Virus record (IMG/VR): IMGVR_UViG_3300030433_001629 | Coordinates: 1-28,894 of that record | Strand: one strand, 5' to 3' | Source of the DNA: a virus | Lineage: Duplodnaviria > Caudoviricetes | DNA length: 28,894 nt | Made by a program: the position numbers and the translations under genes | In this document: positions 7,825 to 17,214 of the stretch, piece by piece | How positions within the stretch are numbered: position 1 is the stretch's first letter | Layout: every line of letters starts with the position of its first letter | The notes under the pieces: model-generated | What the model saw: only the letters and a program-made list of their open reading frames with translations | What the model was told of the DNA's origin: nothing | Database searches by the model: none

Positions 7825-9578
7825 TATAGTGTGCTTTGTAGCGCCAGTTCTGAATTGAGCGCTTGGTTATCTGTTATCTCTTGGCTCACGACGTAGGCCC
7901 GCACGGGTTCTTGTGTCGTGTCAAATCCGTTCGCTCCTGTTGGGTCCGTTGGAATCAAAGACGCCACGTCCGTTTGTGGTGGGGGTGCAGTCGTCGCGTC
8001 TCCTCCACCGCCTGCGTCTGCTCCTCCTCCTCCTCCGCTGTCGAAACGGGTTCTGGTGATTGCAGCGACCTTAGCCAAACCGGAGGCCACGGCAGCAGCT
8101 GCGGCAATGGCACCACGGACGGGAGCGCTTGGATCCGGCACTCCTGGGATGAATTGACTGCTGTACGCTTGTTGCGCGGCGAAGTAGGTGTTGATGAGCG
8201 TCTCTGCCACCGCTATCTTCTTGCTGTTCTGGAAGGCTTTCTTCTGTTCCTTCTTGGTCGCATCTGCGTCGGCTGTGGCAAACATACGCGCCAAGTCGAA
8301 GCCCGCCGTGAGCACCATGCTCTGCATCTGGGCTTTGGCATCTGCTAACTTCTGCGCGTCATCGAGTTCCTTGTCGTTAGCTTCTGTTTGTGCGTCGCTC
8401 TCTGCCTTGCGTGCTGCGTCTGCTCGTTCTTTGCGTTCTCGGATGAAGGTCTTCTGGAGCTCGGCAAGTTCTGCATCCCGTTGCTCTTCGATTTGCTTGG
8501 TCAGTTCGGCATTGTCGATTGCCAGGTCGAGCTGTGTGTTGTAGAAATCTTCGACGGCCAGGAGTCGCTGTGACTCGCTGTCCAGGCTTGCTCGGTCCCT
8601 GGCATCCAATGCGTCGACGATATCTTGCTCGGTCTTCTGGATGGCGGCGGCGGCATCGGCTTCGGCTTTGGCTTTGGCCTCGGCTGCCTCCCTCACCCGC
8701 TTGGCTTCTTCTTCTGCTTTCCGTGCTGCCTCTGCTCGGATCGTGTTGAGCTTGTTGTTCAGCGTTGTCTGGAGTTCGAGGGACTCTTGCTGTATGTTCA
8801 GCAGGTTCGCCTCAAGCTGCGCGAGGTTGTCGAGGTCTTCATCGCTCGAGTCTGACATCGCAGCCTTCTCTTGGGCGATACGGAGCTCCTCTGCGGCTAT
8901 CTCTTGGCGCTCCTTCATGAGCCCCTTCTCGATTTCTATCGCGGCTTGTGCGGCCTCCTCTCGCTCTTTCAGGGTCTTGGTCACGTCCTCGGCCACAAGG
9001 TTGAGCGCTTTGATTTCTGCCCTGTCTTTAGCGCGTTGCACGGTGAGCTCCCGTTGACGATCGGTGAGCGCTTGGGTTGCCTTCTCGAGCTCCATGCTCT
9101 TCTTGACTGCTTTGCCGATGCTGTCTGGCAATGCGTCCATGTCGTCCTTGAAGCCTTGCACAGCTGCCCTTGGTCCCTTGCTAAAGATGTTTACTATGAA
9201 TCCACCGAGTGCTTGGAGTCGTGCTGTAATCTGTTCAGCAACTGCTCCGATGGCAGCAAAGGCAACCTTGAGCATGCGTGCTCCTTTCCTGGTCTTGGTA
9301 AAGGCGGCAACCAGGGCCGTCACTCCAACCACGAGAGCGCCGATGCCTGTCGCAATGACGGCGGCTCTGGTCAGCTTCAGTCCTTTGATGAATGTCTTGA
9401 CTCCGCGTGCTGCTTCTTTGAAGCCTGACACGGCACCGCCTGTCAAGTCATCGAATTTATCTGTCAAGCTGTTAACGGCCGAGCCAAGCCCCTCGGCTTC
9501 TTTTTTGTTTTCAGCCAAGCCCTTTTTGACGTTTTCCACGCCCTTGAGCCGCAATGTGATGTCAACGTCTTGTGCCAT
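7824..9578 (-). CDS. Tail tape measure protein, 584 aa
   Basis: Ala-rich, long helical/coiled-coil sequence; hydrophobic TGIGALVVG segment; C-terminal PVRAYVV motif. Confidence 0.8.
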   Translation of the reverse strand: MAQDVDITLRLKGVENVKKGLAENKKEAEGLGSAVNSLTDKFDDLTGGAVSGFKEAARGVKTFIKGLKLTRAAVIATGIGALVVGVTALVAAFTKTRKGARMLKVAFAAIGAVAEQITARLQALGGFIVNIFSKGPRAAVQGFKDDMDALPDSIGKAVKKSMELEKATQALTDRQRELTVQRAKDRAEIKALNLVAEDVTKTLKEREEAAQAAIEIEKGLMKERQEIAAEELRIAQEKAAMSDSSDEDLDNLAQLEANLLNIQQESLELQTTLNNKLNTIRAEAARKAEEEAKRVREAAEAKAKAEADAAAAIQKTEQDIVDALDARDRASLDSESQRLLAVEDFYNTQLDLAIDNAELTKQIEEQRDAELAELQKTFIRERKERADAARKAESDAQTEANDKELDDAQKLADAKAQMQSMVLTAGFDLARMFATADADATKKEQKKAFQNSKKIAVAETLINTYFAAQQAYSSQFIPGVPDPSAPVRGAIAAAAAVASGLAKVAAITRTRFDSGGGGGADAGGGGDATTAPPPQTDVASLIPTDPTGANGFDTTQEPVRAYVVSQEITDNQALNSELALQSTL

Positions 9579-9741
9579 TCAGTATTCCTTTCAGGGCTTT
9601 GCGCCATGCGCTTTCGGTGCCCCACTCATAGTAACCATATAAAACACCCAGATCTGGATGGCCGTAGATCTTGTACTTGCGTGTGATTTCGATGGCTGTT
9701 GGTATGGCCTTACCGACGTTGTCGAGTTGTCTCTTGGTCAT
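9562..9741 (-). CDS. Hypothetical protein, 59 aa (MTKRQLDNVGKAIP...)
   Basis: Hand-translated; ATGA overlap with the upstream tail gene; fills the gap to the tape measure gene. Confidence 0.65.
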   Translation of the reverse strand: MTKRQLDNVGKAIPTAIEITRKYKIYGHPDLGVLYGYYEWGTESAWRKALKGILNGTRR

Positions 9742-12700
9742 GTTTCGTCTGATATGAAAATTCCGAGCTCGCTGCGCAGGGGTCGTCCGTTTTCTAACAG
9801 AAGGGCGTTGGGTCGCAACAGGACGGCAGCGTTAAAGATGCGGACGAGGGTAATGTCGAGCGTCCACTCCAGGGTCTTGTCCGTCTCGCCTGTGCAGCTA
9901 ATTTGAAAGTCAGGGCTAATCCTCGCAAAAGACCCGCTCACGGTGCGGCTGCCCACCGACCCGTCGTCTCGTGCCACTCCACTTACTGCTCCAATTGAGA
10001 CGAATCGTGTGTCGCCTTTTAGCGTGCCACGGAACTGTTGGCTACTAACGTCGCCCCTGGTCCCTGCTGTTCCATCCACCTGCACAGATCGTGCTTCGAT
10101 TTCGATGCTTGCCTCGAATCCGTTTGGCACCATGATGCGGTTCAGGTCTGGTCGCCGTCCTGGACTGCTCGCAACTTCCGCTCTGTTGTCAGTGGTCTGT
10201 GTGAAAAGCCGAAAGGTGTCGTGGACGATGTACCCGCCGTCCTGTAGAAAGGTAACCTCGCGCCGCGTTTGTGCTGTGGGCAGGGGTAGCTCGGGTACGG
10301 GGTTGGTGCCGTGACCGCCCGGTGGCATGCCGTTGGTGAAACCGTCTGTGCTGTCCGTTCCTGTGTCGCCGCCGTCACCGCCTATTACAGTGGTGCCGTC
10401 ATCACCTGTGGGTGTCACGGTGTCGAGGTTGGGGTCAATCCACACGCACTCGTTGGTTGTGTTGTCGTAGAAAAACCCCTGGTCCACGCAGCAGAAGTAT
10501 CCGGGGTCGCTTGTCGTCGAGCCTCCCTGGATCCACGTCGTGGTGCCATCCAAGTTTTGGCTCTGAAGCACTGCGTCGCATTCGCCAAAGTTCAGGTCCT
10601 GGATGTCTCGGAGGAACGTGCATTTGGTGACTGTGTTTGCCCCTGCTTGATAGTTCTCCACTTTGGTCAGCCTGTAGCGGTGGCCTTGGACGGTGATTGG
10701 TCTGTTGAAGGCCAGCCGCCGGATGTCGTCTGGTCGCAAGTAGAAGTATGCCGTGTATTCCCGTGCTTCGTCGCTGTAGATGCACGCGAAGTATTCACGC
10801 CAGTATTCCTCAAAGTAGCCCCGTGTTGGCATCTCGCTTCCATACACAAATCCTCCGTAGTTGAAGGGGAGGGCAGTGGTGTTCCAACTGAGCATGCGAG
10901 ATGTGGCTTGCAATGCGTCGGAGTTAACGCTCGTTGTGAAAGGCAGAGCCATCCGTGGCGCTGTAATCTCCACACCATCAATGAACAGGGAAGGAAAAAG
11001 CCCGGAAACTAACTGTGAGAAGTAGAACAGGCGCGGCGGCCCTGCTTCAAACTTGGTCGTGCCGTCCTCGTTTAGGGCATAGAATCGTGCAATGGGCAGG
11101 GCTGGAGTGTCGGTGTAGGGGTCCCCTGCCAGGGTCATCACCGTCGTCGTATGGAACGGAGCAAAGATGGGATCGTTCTTGGTCTCACCTGTTGCGAAGT
11201 CATCGGCAATCGTTCGGTTGAACGCGTTAAAAGTTGCGCCTGTGGAGTCCTGGACATACTTGTTGAGCACGTCTGGGGCTTCCTTATCTGAAAACTCCAG
11301 GCGCTTGCTGCGCAGGTGTGAGGTAGGCCGTACGTGTTGCTCTTTGCTTACATCCAGCTTGTCGCTCCAGTCGATGGATCCGGCTGTTCTGCCTGCTGTA
11401 ATCCAATCGTTGTAGGGTTCGATTATGAGCGTGCCGGGGGACTCCTCTTCGCTCGCAATGACCAAGTTGAACCTTTGGGCAAGGTCTTTTACAAACGCCT
11501 TCTGTTGGATTGGTGGCATGCACTTGGGCACCAGGCACTTCTGGTCGAAGGCTTCGGTTATGCCCAGCAGGCGCACCGTGGACCCTGCCTTAACCTGACA
11601 GCCATCGGGCGGGTCTTGGTTCGGTCCAAGTGCCATCCCCGCGCTTCGGGCCTCAATGGTAACGGCGAGACCGGCTTGGCAGGTTATCGTCCTCGTGAAC
11701 GAATGCACCACCGCTGTTGGATCACTTAACTGCGAAGCGCCGAGGAACACCGTTTGACTTGTGGCAAGCTCCACCCCGTTTTGGATGATGTAGCAGGTTT
11801 GGATTTGCGGCGCGTTTTCCGTTGCGTTTATCTTGAGGTTAACCTCCAGGGTGTAGTCCCCTGCGACCTGCGGCAGGAAGTGGTGCGGTGTTGTGCTGTT
11901 CTGCCAGAATGGGGTCACGCCTGGGTTGTAGAATCCTGTGCTCGTGGAATCTTGGAACGTCAAAGGCACAACGGTAACGCCCAAGTTTTGCGTGTTGTTC
12001 TTGCGGATGCGAAAACCCTGGTTGAATGGCGCGGCATGGCGCTCCGTGTGATCGCTCAGGGTCATGTACAAGTCGGTCCAATCAGTGCTCGTCATAAACG
12101 TCGACTGAATCTGAAACCCCGCCTGGTTGACAATCTTGCGAAACAGGTGGTCGATGTTGATGGCAGGCTTGAAGTCGTGCCCTGCAAGTGGGCATGGGTC
12201 GGTGCTGCTCGTCAGACCAGATTGGCTCGCGTTATCGGACCAAAACGGACTGTTTCCGTCCATAAGGCCGTGGTCAATGATGGGCACCACCACTACACCT
12301 GCTCCTTCTGATCCGTCCGTGATGTCGTTGCTCAGGTCTTGGCTGTCCTTGATTGCCGTGGCAGTCAGGTCAAAGTTGTACCCTGTGTCGACGGTGCCGT
12401 CGTCGGCTGTGAAGCAGTCCTCGAGGGTCTTGGTTCCCAGGCGTGAGAAGAGGTCGCCGCTCTCTCCAACAATGTTGACCTCGTAGACCCGTGCCTTTAG
12501 GCGCACCGCACGCAGCTGCAAGGAGCCAAAGATGAGTTGCGCCCCGTCTTCGTAGAGGTAGACCTCGGTCTTTTTGGCGGCGTTGAAGTTGCCGTCTGTA
12601 AGATCGACCTCGAAGTAGGACGCGAAGAAGACATCATTCGTGTTGGTGAAGGGCAGGTTGAAGGAGCCCGAGTAGGGCGACTGTCGTCCCATCACTTTGC

Positions 12701-12803
12701 CTGGTTCGGCCACGCTGTAGTTCAGGCTGATCACCTCGGTGCCGGAGGTATCCAGGGTAGTGAACGTGGCAGTGTTCTGGTCTTTGGCGCTCAGTCGAAT
12801 CAT
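9738..12803 (-). CDS. Large tail tip / hub protein, 1021 aa
   Basis: N-terminal SGSFNLPFT..N..FF and LIFGSLQL, central F.KDL..RFNL...IEPY, and GYFEEYW..Y motifs typical of Bacteroidota siphophage tail tip proteins. Confidence 0.75.
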   Translation of the reverse strand: MIRLSAKDQNTATFTTLDTSGTEVISLNYSVAEPGKVMGRQSPYSGSFNLPFTNTNDVFFASYFEVDLTDGNFNAAKKTEVYLYEDGAQLIFGSLQLRAVRLKARVYEVNIVGESGDLFSRLGTKTLEDCFTADDGTVDTGYNFDLTATAIKDSQDLSNDITDGSEGAGVVVVPIIDHGLMDGNSPFWSDNASQSGLTSSTDPCPLAGHDFKPAINIDHLFRKIVNQAGFQIQSTFMTSTDWTDLYMTLSDHTERHAAPFNQGFRIRKNNTQNLGVTVVPLTFQDSTSTGFYNPGVTPFWQNSTTPHHFLPQVAGDYTLEVNLKINATENAPQIQTCYIIQNGVELATSQTVFLGASQLSDPTAVVHSFTRTITCQAGLAVTIEARSAGMALGPNQDPPDGCQVKAGSTVRLLGITEAFDQKCLVPKCMPPIQQKAFVKDLAQRFNLVIASEEESPGTLIIEPYNDWITAGRTAGSIDWSDKLDVSKEQHVRPTSHLRSKRLEFSDKEAPDVLNKYVQDSTGATFNAFNRTIADDFATGETKNDPIFAPFHTTTVMTLAGDPYTDTPALPIARFYALNEDGTTKFEAGPPRLFYFSQLVSGLFPSLFIDGVEITAPRMALPFTTSVNSDALQATSRMLSWNTTALPFNYGGFVYGSEMPTRGYFEEYWREYFACIYSDEAREYTAYFYLRPDDIRRLAFNRPITVQGHRYRLTKVENYQAGANTVTKCTFLRDIQDLNFGECDAVLQSQNLDGTTTWIQGGSTTSDPGYFCCVDQGFFYDNTTNECVWIDPNLDTVTPTGDDGTTVIGGDGGDTGTDSTDGFTNGMPPGGHGTNPVPELPLPTAQTRREVTFLQDGGYIVHDTFRLFTQTTDNRAEVASSPGRRPDLNRIMVPNGFEASIEIEARSVQVDGTAGTRGDVSSQQFRGTLKGDTRFVSIGAVSGVARDDGSVGSRTVSGSFARISPDFQISCTGETDKTLEWTLDITLVRIFNAAVLLRPNALLLENGRPLRSELGIFISDET

Positions 12804-14176
12804 GCCAGGCGGGGGTTGTTTGCACGTTCAAAAGTGAAGCTGTATCGAAAGAATCCATCGTTCTCCGAGGTGCGCGTTACGAAGGAGCTGTCAGTTACGT
12901 TGACTGGAATTTGTTTGGTGCCGTCCAGCAGGTACACATCGTTGCTCAAGGCCACGTCACGAATGGTGTTCAGGAAGGTGTCGCGGATCGGCTCGGTCGT
13001 TACCCGTGTCTCCCGGATGGCATCGACCCTGGTGTCGGTCTTGCCTCTTTCGTAGCCGTAATAGGTAAAGTTCGTGGTGGCGTTGATGGCATCGTAGTTG
13101 CCACGATCGCGCTCGAAGCTCTGGCGCTTGATGTCTCTGAAGGTCTCGACGCTCTTCCCTGCGAAGTTGAAGAAGTCCCAACCTCCGAGGCGGTTGCGGT
13201 ACATCAGCCTTTGCACATCGTAGCGTCCGCAGTGGTCCACCTTAATCATACGCACCACCTTGGAGCGTTTATTCGTGCTGTTGATTGTGGTGCTGTTGGC
13301 CGCGACGATATCGTAGTGTGTGTAGGTGCCTGCTTGGATGGCCGCCTGGACAGTGGACAGGGTGCCAATGGTTCCGGCGTATCCAAAGTTCGCCGGGCCT
13401 GCCCCTACGAAGATTCGACGTTTGCCGTCGGCCATGCTACCACCCCCGCCACCATAGGTTGCCGTCTGCGGCACGTAGCCTGTGGCCGTCGAGCCGTCGG
13501 TGTTGAAGACCTTGAAGTGGATATAGTCGCAGGCTGCGTCGTTCCCAATTGCCACGACATGATAGTCCTCCTGGCGCACCTCGTTGATAATTGGGTTCAG
13601 GCTCTCGCCAGTGATGTCCGAAGTTACTCCCGTGTCGATCGGTGCGAGTGTGTGCCAGGCTGTAGAGCTCGCTGTGCTTGCAACATAGCCTGTGCTGCTT
13701 CCTGTAGTGTACTGAGCACCGTCACGGAACAACGCTTCTCTCCAAACGGTGACCGTGGTGTTGGCTTGGTTCAGGCTTGTGGTGTCGATTGGGCCGCCTG
13801 CGACGGATGCATATTCGGACCCTGCTTGCACCGTAAACTTGCGAATGCTTTTGACCTCATCCTTGCCGAGGATCTTTGCGCTGCCCTGGGTGCCAATGAA
13901 GGCCACGCCGCTTGTGATTTGGGTGCTGTCGTAGGCTTGCGTTTTCAGCTGCGGCTCAACGATGCGGGCGATGTCAATGGCAGCGCTGTCGTTGTTGGAT
14001 CCTGTCGGTGCGTATTTGAGGCGTGCGATGCGTGTACCGTCTGCATCGAGCACGTCAAAGACGAAGCGAAATTTATCCTGTGCTTGGTTGGTGTCTTCGC
14101 GCAGTGTAAACACCAAGGGGCGCAGGCATGATCGCAGCCCTGATGATCCTGGTTCGCTGTTAATTGTTACGGCCAT
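12800..14176 (-). CDS. Tail protein (distal-tail-like), 458 aa
   Basis: C-terminal YRNRLGGWDFFNF motif and a position before the large tail tip gene. Confidence 0.65.
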   Translation of the reverse strand: MAVTINSEPGSSGLRSCLRPLVFTLREDTNQAQDKFRFVFDVLDADGTRIARLKYAPTGSNNDSAAIDIARIVEPQLKTQAYDSTQITSGVAFIGTQGSAKILGKDEVKSIRKFTVQAGSEYASVAGGPIDTTSLNQANTTVTVWREALFRDGAQYTTGSSTGYVASTASSTAWHTLAPIDTGVTSDITGESLNPIINEVRQEDYHVVAIGNDAACDYIHFKVFNTDGSTATGYVPQTATYGGGGGSMADGKRRIFVGAGPANFGYAGTIGTLSTVQAAIQAGTYTHYDIVAANSTTINSTNKRSKVVRMIKVDHCGRYDVQRLMYRNRLGGWDFFNFAGKSVETFRDIKRQSFERDRGNYDAINATTNFTYYGYERGKTDTRVDAIRETRVTTEPIRDTFLNTIRDVALSNDVYLLDGTKQIPVNVTDSSFVTRTSENDGFFRYSFTFERANNPRLA

Positions 14177-14750
14177 CTATCTCTTCTTGTAGTTGTTGGA
14201 CTAATGATTCGGCGATATCGCTGCCGAGGGCGAGGCTCAACTTGTCAGCTCTCTTCTTGCGTACCTCATCGTAAGGCGTGGAGAAGAAGTTGGACGGCTT
14301 GATGCCTGTCTGGTAAATGCTCCGGCTAATCAGGAAGACCAGGCTCTTGCGCGGGATGAATTGTCCCTGGGCATTCCGGACTTGACCGACGGGCTTTCGG
14401 ACCACCCACTTGTCGATGGCCCCTCGCAGTCCCTTCGGTCCTTTGCCTGAGCCGTATTTGAAGGGCGACTGAGGCGCTTTGGCGCTGCTGATGGCCCCAC
14501 GTACCCCTTGGTCCACAAAGTTCCAGTATTCGGCTCCTTTGAAAGTGAACCGCAGAAAGGCTTCCGTCTCCTTCTTGTTGATGCCTTGCTCGTATTGGAT
14601 GCTGTCGTAGAGCTTACCGCTGACCACCTTGTCTCGTGCCTTGAGCCGGATCCGTGCGCGACGGCGTATCTCCTTGCCTTGCTTGGAGAGTTCTTTCATC
14701 GTTTCGGTCAGCTCAATCTTGACCCCGTCTACAGTTATGGTCGTCTTCAT
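14160..14750 (-). CDS. Putative tail completion / neck protein (HK97 gp10-like), 196 aa
   Basis: Basic protein with SGKLYDSI, Y..FVDQGV.G and IS.SI...GIKP..FF motifs. Confidence 0.65.
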   Translation of the reverse strand: MKTTITVDGVKIELTETMKELSKQGKEIRRRARIRLKARDKVVSGKLYDSIQYEQGINKKETEAFLRFTFKGAEYWNFVDQGVRGAISSAKAPQSPFKYGSGKGPKGLRGAIDKWVVRKPVGQVRNAQGQFIPRKSLVFLISRSIYQTGIKPSNFFSTPYDEVRKKRADKLSLALGSDIAESLVQQLQEEIDGRNN

Positions 14751-15238
14751 ACTGTCCTGGGGCTTTCGCAGAGGTTGTTCTCGTTGTCGCTCGTCACGCT
14801 AAAGGTTGCCACCCACCCGGTCAGGTTGTTGTCGAACCGCGCCGTGAATGGTTCGCAGCTCACAGGCATCTGGATTGTCAGTTGGCTGTAGTCTCGGTTC
14901 GTAGCACTCGTCTCTTCGTTCAGGAGGCTTGTGGACGATCGTGCGTGTTGAAACTCGTTCACCACGTCTTGCAGCAGGCGCAGCGTGTTGCTGTACTGCT
15001 CCAGGGCGTTCGTCTGTCCTGGCACCGTCAGCTCGGCCACCACGATGTCCACGTCGTAGGTTATGGTCCCCCGGTCGATATCAGCGCTGCTGATGTCTGC
15101 AAAGAGCAGCGGGTAGTCGGCTCCTCCGAGTTTCTTGATGTCGAGCTCGGTCAGCACCCCGTGTTCAAACCGTCGCAGCATAGGGTTCTGGTCGGTGATG
15201 AATTCGAGCCTTTTAATGATTTCGAGTATGGTTACCAT
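14747..15238 (-). CDS. Putative tail terminator protein, 163 aa
   Basis: YPLL, EPFTARFDNNLTGW and terminal C motifs; acidic; located among neck genes. Confidence 0.6.
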   Translation of the reverse strand: MVTILEIIKRLEFITDQNPMLRRFEHGVLTELDIKKLGGADYPLLFADISSADIDRGTITYDVDIVVAELTVPGQTNALEQYSNTLRLLQDVVNEFQHARSSTSLLNEETSATNRDYSQLTIQMPVSCEPFTARFDNNLTGWVATFSVTSDNENNLCESPRTV

Positions 15239-15259
15239 GCGTGTTGATTTTCTGTCGTT

Positions 15260-15976
15260 CTATGCTTGCCACGTCTTGTTGGTAAGCCATCCAAGCAAAG
15301 GCCACCTCCACTTCGGTTCGTTCGACGTTTGGGAGCTTGGTGATGTCGTCGCCACAGAGAGTGACGATTGTAGCAAACCACCCCCATTTTTCACTGAGCG
15401 CCGATCCACCTCCGTCTTCGTCGCTTCGGAATAGTTGGCTAAAGCGACGGCCAACCTCTCCACGATACTCAAAAAAAAAGCGGACGCACTCACCGCAACC
15501 GAGGCGGGAGCCTGTTTGAAGTATTCGCTCCTGTCCTCTCCGTCGTAGTTCTCGATGCGGTAGAAGTCACCGTACTCCTCCACGATGGGTCTGTAAAGGA
15601 TGCCCAGGATTTGCGGCAGGTTGTCGGTGTATCCTTTCTGACAGAGCGTCTCCAGGTCTGCGAACTCTCCTACCGTCAGCTTGGACAGGTTGGGGTGGAA
15701 GCCGTATGTCTTGCCGTCGATCGTGATGCGCTGTTGCAGCTCTGCTTCTTGTTGCGTCATGATTTGCGCGACGAGCTCACTGATTTTCAGCAAGTCCGCA
15801 CGCTCCATCTGGTCGAGGTAGTCCTGGGTCTTGCCTATCAGAATCTCCACGCTTTGCATCAGGCGGTCCATGTCGTCCATCTCCTCGGGCAGCTCCAGGA
15901 GCTTTTGGTATTGCTCCACGGTGATGTCCTCGAGGCATGTCGGCACTGTGATCCGTTCGTGTTTTGTTGTCGCCAT
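15260..15976 (-). CDS. Tail assembly chaperone (G-like), 238 aa; a -1 frameshift gives a ~254-aa GT-like form ending at 15213
   Basis: IT..QYQ, YGFHPNL..LT.GEF.DLE and ILYRPI motifs; slippery T9 run at the AFF codons; the -1 frame is open and encodes KWGWF...DITK. Confidence 0.75.
   Translation of the reverse strand: MATTKHERITVPTCLEDITVEQYQKLLELPEEMDDMDRLMQSVEILIGKTQDYLDQMERADLLKISELVAQIMTQQEAELQQRITIDGKTYGFHPNLSKLTVGEFADLETLCQKGYTDNLPQILGILYRPIVEEYGDFYRIENYDGEDRSEYFKQAPASVAVSASAFFLSIVERLAVALANYSEATKTEVDRRSVKNGGGLLQSSLSVATTSPSSQTSNEPKWRWPLLGWLTNKTWQA
15471..15479 (-). other. Programmed -1 ribosomal frameshift site (T TTT TTT)
   Basis: Minus strand GCT TTT TTT TTG; the -1 frame runs for 88 codons to the TAA at 15213-15215. 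Confidence 0.7.
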
Positions 15977-15979
15977 CTG

Positions 15980-17134
15980 TTATGAGATATAATACTTGCC
16001 GGAATGAGAGGTTGTCAGTTGGTTGAGGCAGACGTAGCGCACCGCATCGATTGCGTGGTTGAAGGTGTCCACGGGTCGGTTGATGTTTCGTCCATTCTTG
16101 TCGGTCTGCCATTTGTAGTTGCGTATCTCCTTGATGAGGTTGCTGCTCCCTTGGACGATGTGCAGCTTGTGTCGCTTCATGATGTCGATGCCCTGGCGCA
16201 CGCTGTCTGGTCCTTTCTTGCTTGGTTTAATGTTCCACCCAAGTCGGTGCATCTCCTCCAGGCTCTTCGGCTCTGCGCTGTCTGCAATGATGAGCTCGCG
16301 TCCTATGTCCAGTGTCTTGAGTTGGTCGCTGATGTCGGGGTTGGTTAGGCTCGTGCTGTACATGCGCTCCTCCAGGTAGAGCTCGTGGCCCTTGCGGTAG
16401 ACGGTGATGAGTGCTGTGGGGTCGTTGGCATAGCCCCAGTCCAACCCGTGCGCCACGATCCTAGATCCGTCGGGCGGTCCGTCCACCTCCTCCCATTGCG
16501 GGAAGATGACCGACGGGCTTGAGCCTCGTTCCCCCAGTCCGTAGACTCTCCAGTAGTTCTCGTCCGTGTCCTTGAGGCGTTCAATCTCCTGGACGACTGT
16601 GTCCTCGAGGTAGGGGTTGTCTTTGTATGTCGTTTGGAAGAACTCGGAATCTGGGCGCGGGATCACCTCATCGTATATCCAGTGGAACTCGTCGCTTGGA
16701 TTGTAGTCGATGATGATGCGGTCCGTCGTTCTGAGGACCAGTTGCCTCCAGTCCTCCAGGGTCAGCTCGTTCGCCTCGTTGATGAAGAGTATTTCTCTCT
16801 TGCGTCCTCGGACCTTTTGCGGTTGGTCCACGCTTATGAACTCCACGAGGTTTCCGTACAGGCGGTAGGTCGCTTCGCTCTTGTTGTGCAGCTCCGGATC
16901 GTAGATGTCCTCGCGGTGTAGGATGTTGAAGAAGTCCCGCATAACTGAGGCGCGAACGGCAGGGAAGGTCTTCCGTGCAATCGTGATCACCGCACCTGCG
17001 TTCTCGCTTCTGTAGCACAGCTCTACAAGTGCCGTCAGGATGGAGTAGGTCTTTCCGCTTCGTGTGCCTCCTTGGTGGACTTGGATTTTGGCTTTGCTCT
17101 CCTTGACATGGTAGTATGTCGCAGGTTGTTTCAT
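15980..17134 (-). CDS. terL: Terminase large subunit (PBSX family), 384 aa
   Basis: Walker A QGGTRSGKT, Walker B LFINEANE, DYNP, nuclease GLDWG..NDP, DSAEP and NHAIDAVRY; start at MKQPATYYH. Confidence 0.95.
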   Translation of the reverse strand: MKQPATYYHVKESKAKIQVHQGGTRSGKTYSILTALVELCYRSENAGAVITIARKTFPAVRASVMRDFFNILHREDIYDPELHNKSEATYRLYGNLVEFISVDQPQKVRGRKREILFINEANELTLEDWRQLVLRTTDRIIIDYNPSDEFHWIYDEVIPRPDSEFFQTTYKDNPYLEDTVVQEIERLKDTDENYWRVYGLGERGSSPSVIFPQWEEVDGPPDGSRIVAHGLDWGYANDPTALITVYRKGHELYLEERMYSTSLTNPDISDQLKTLDIGRELIIADSAEPKSLEEMHRLGWNIKPSKKGPDSVRQGIDIMKRHKLHIVQGSSNLIKEIRNYKWQTDKNGRNINRPVDTFNHAIDAVRYVCLNQLTTSHSGKYYIS

Positions 17135-17214
17135 TCTTCCCTGGTCAGCCAAAGTCCAAACGCGATGCAGACCGCGTTCATTATCGTGATGACGATGACT
17201 GTGGTCATGCTCAT
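17131..17214 (-). CDS. Hydrophobic micro-protein, 27 aa (MSMTTVIVITIMNAVCIAFGLWLTREE)
   Basis: Hand-translated; ATGA overlaps at both ends (terS stop and terL start); one transmembrane-like stretch. Confidence 0.6.
   Translation of the reverse strand: MSMTTVIVITIMNAVCIAFGLWLTREE

Noticed and set aside
12911-14131. 406-aa plus-strand ORF
   Set aside because: Antisense shadow of a tail gene, with no motifs; expected from GC-rich codon usage.
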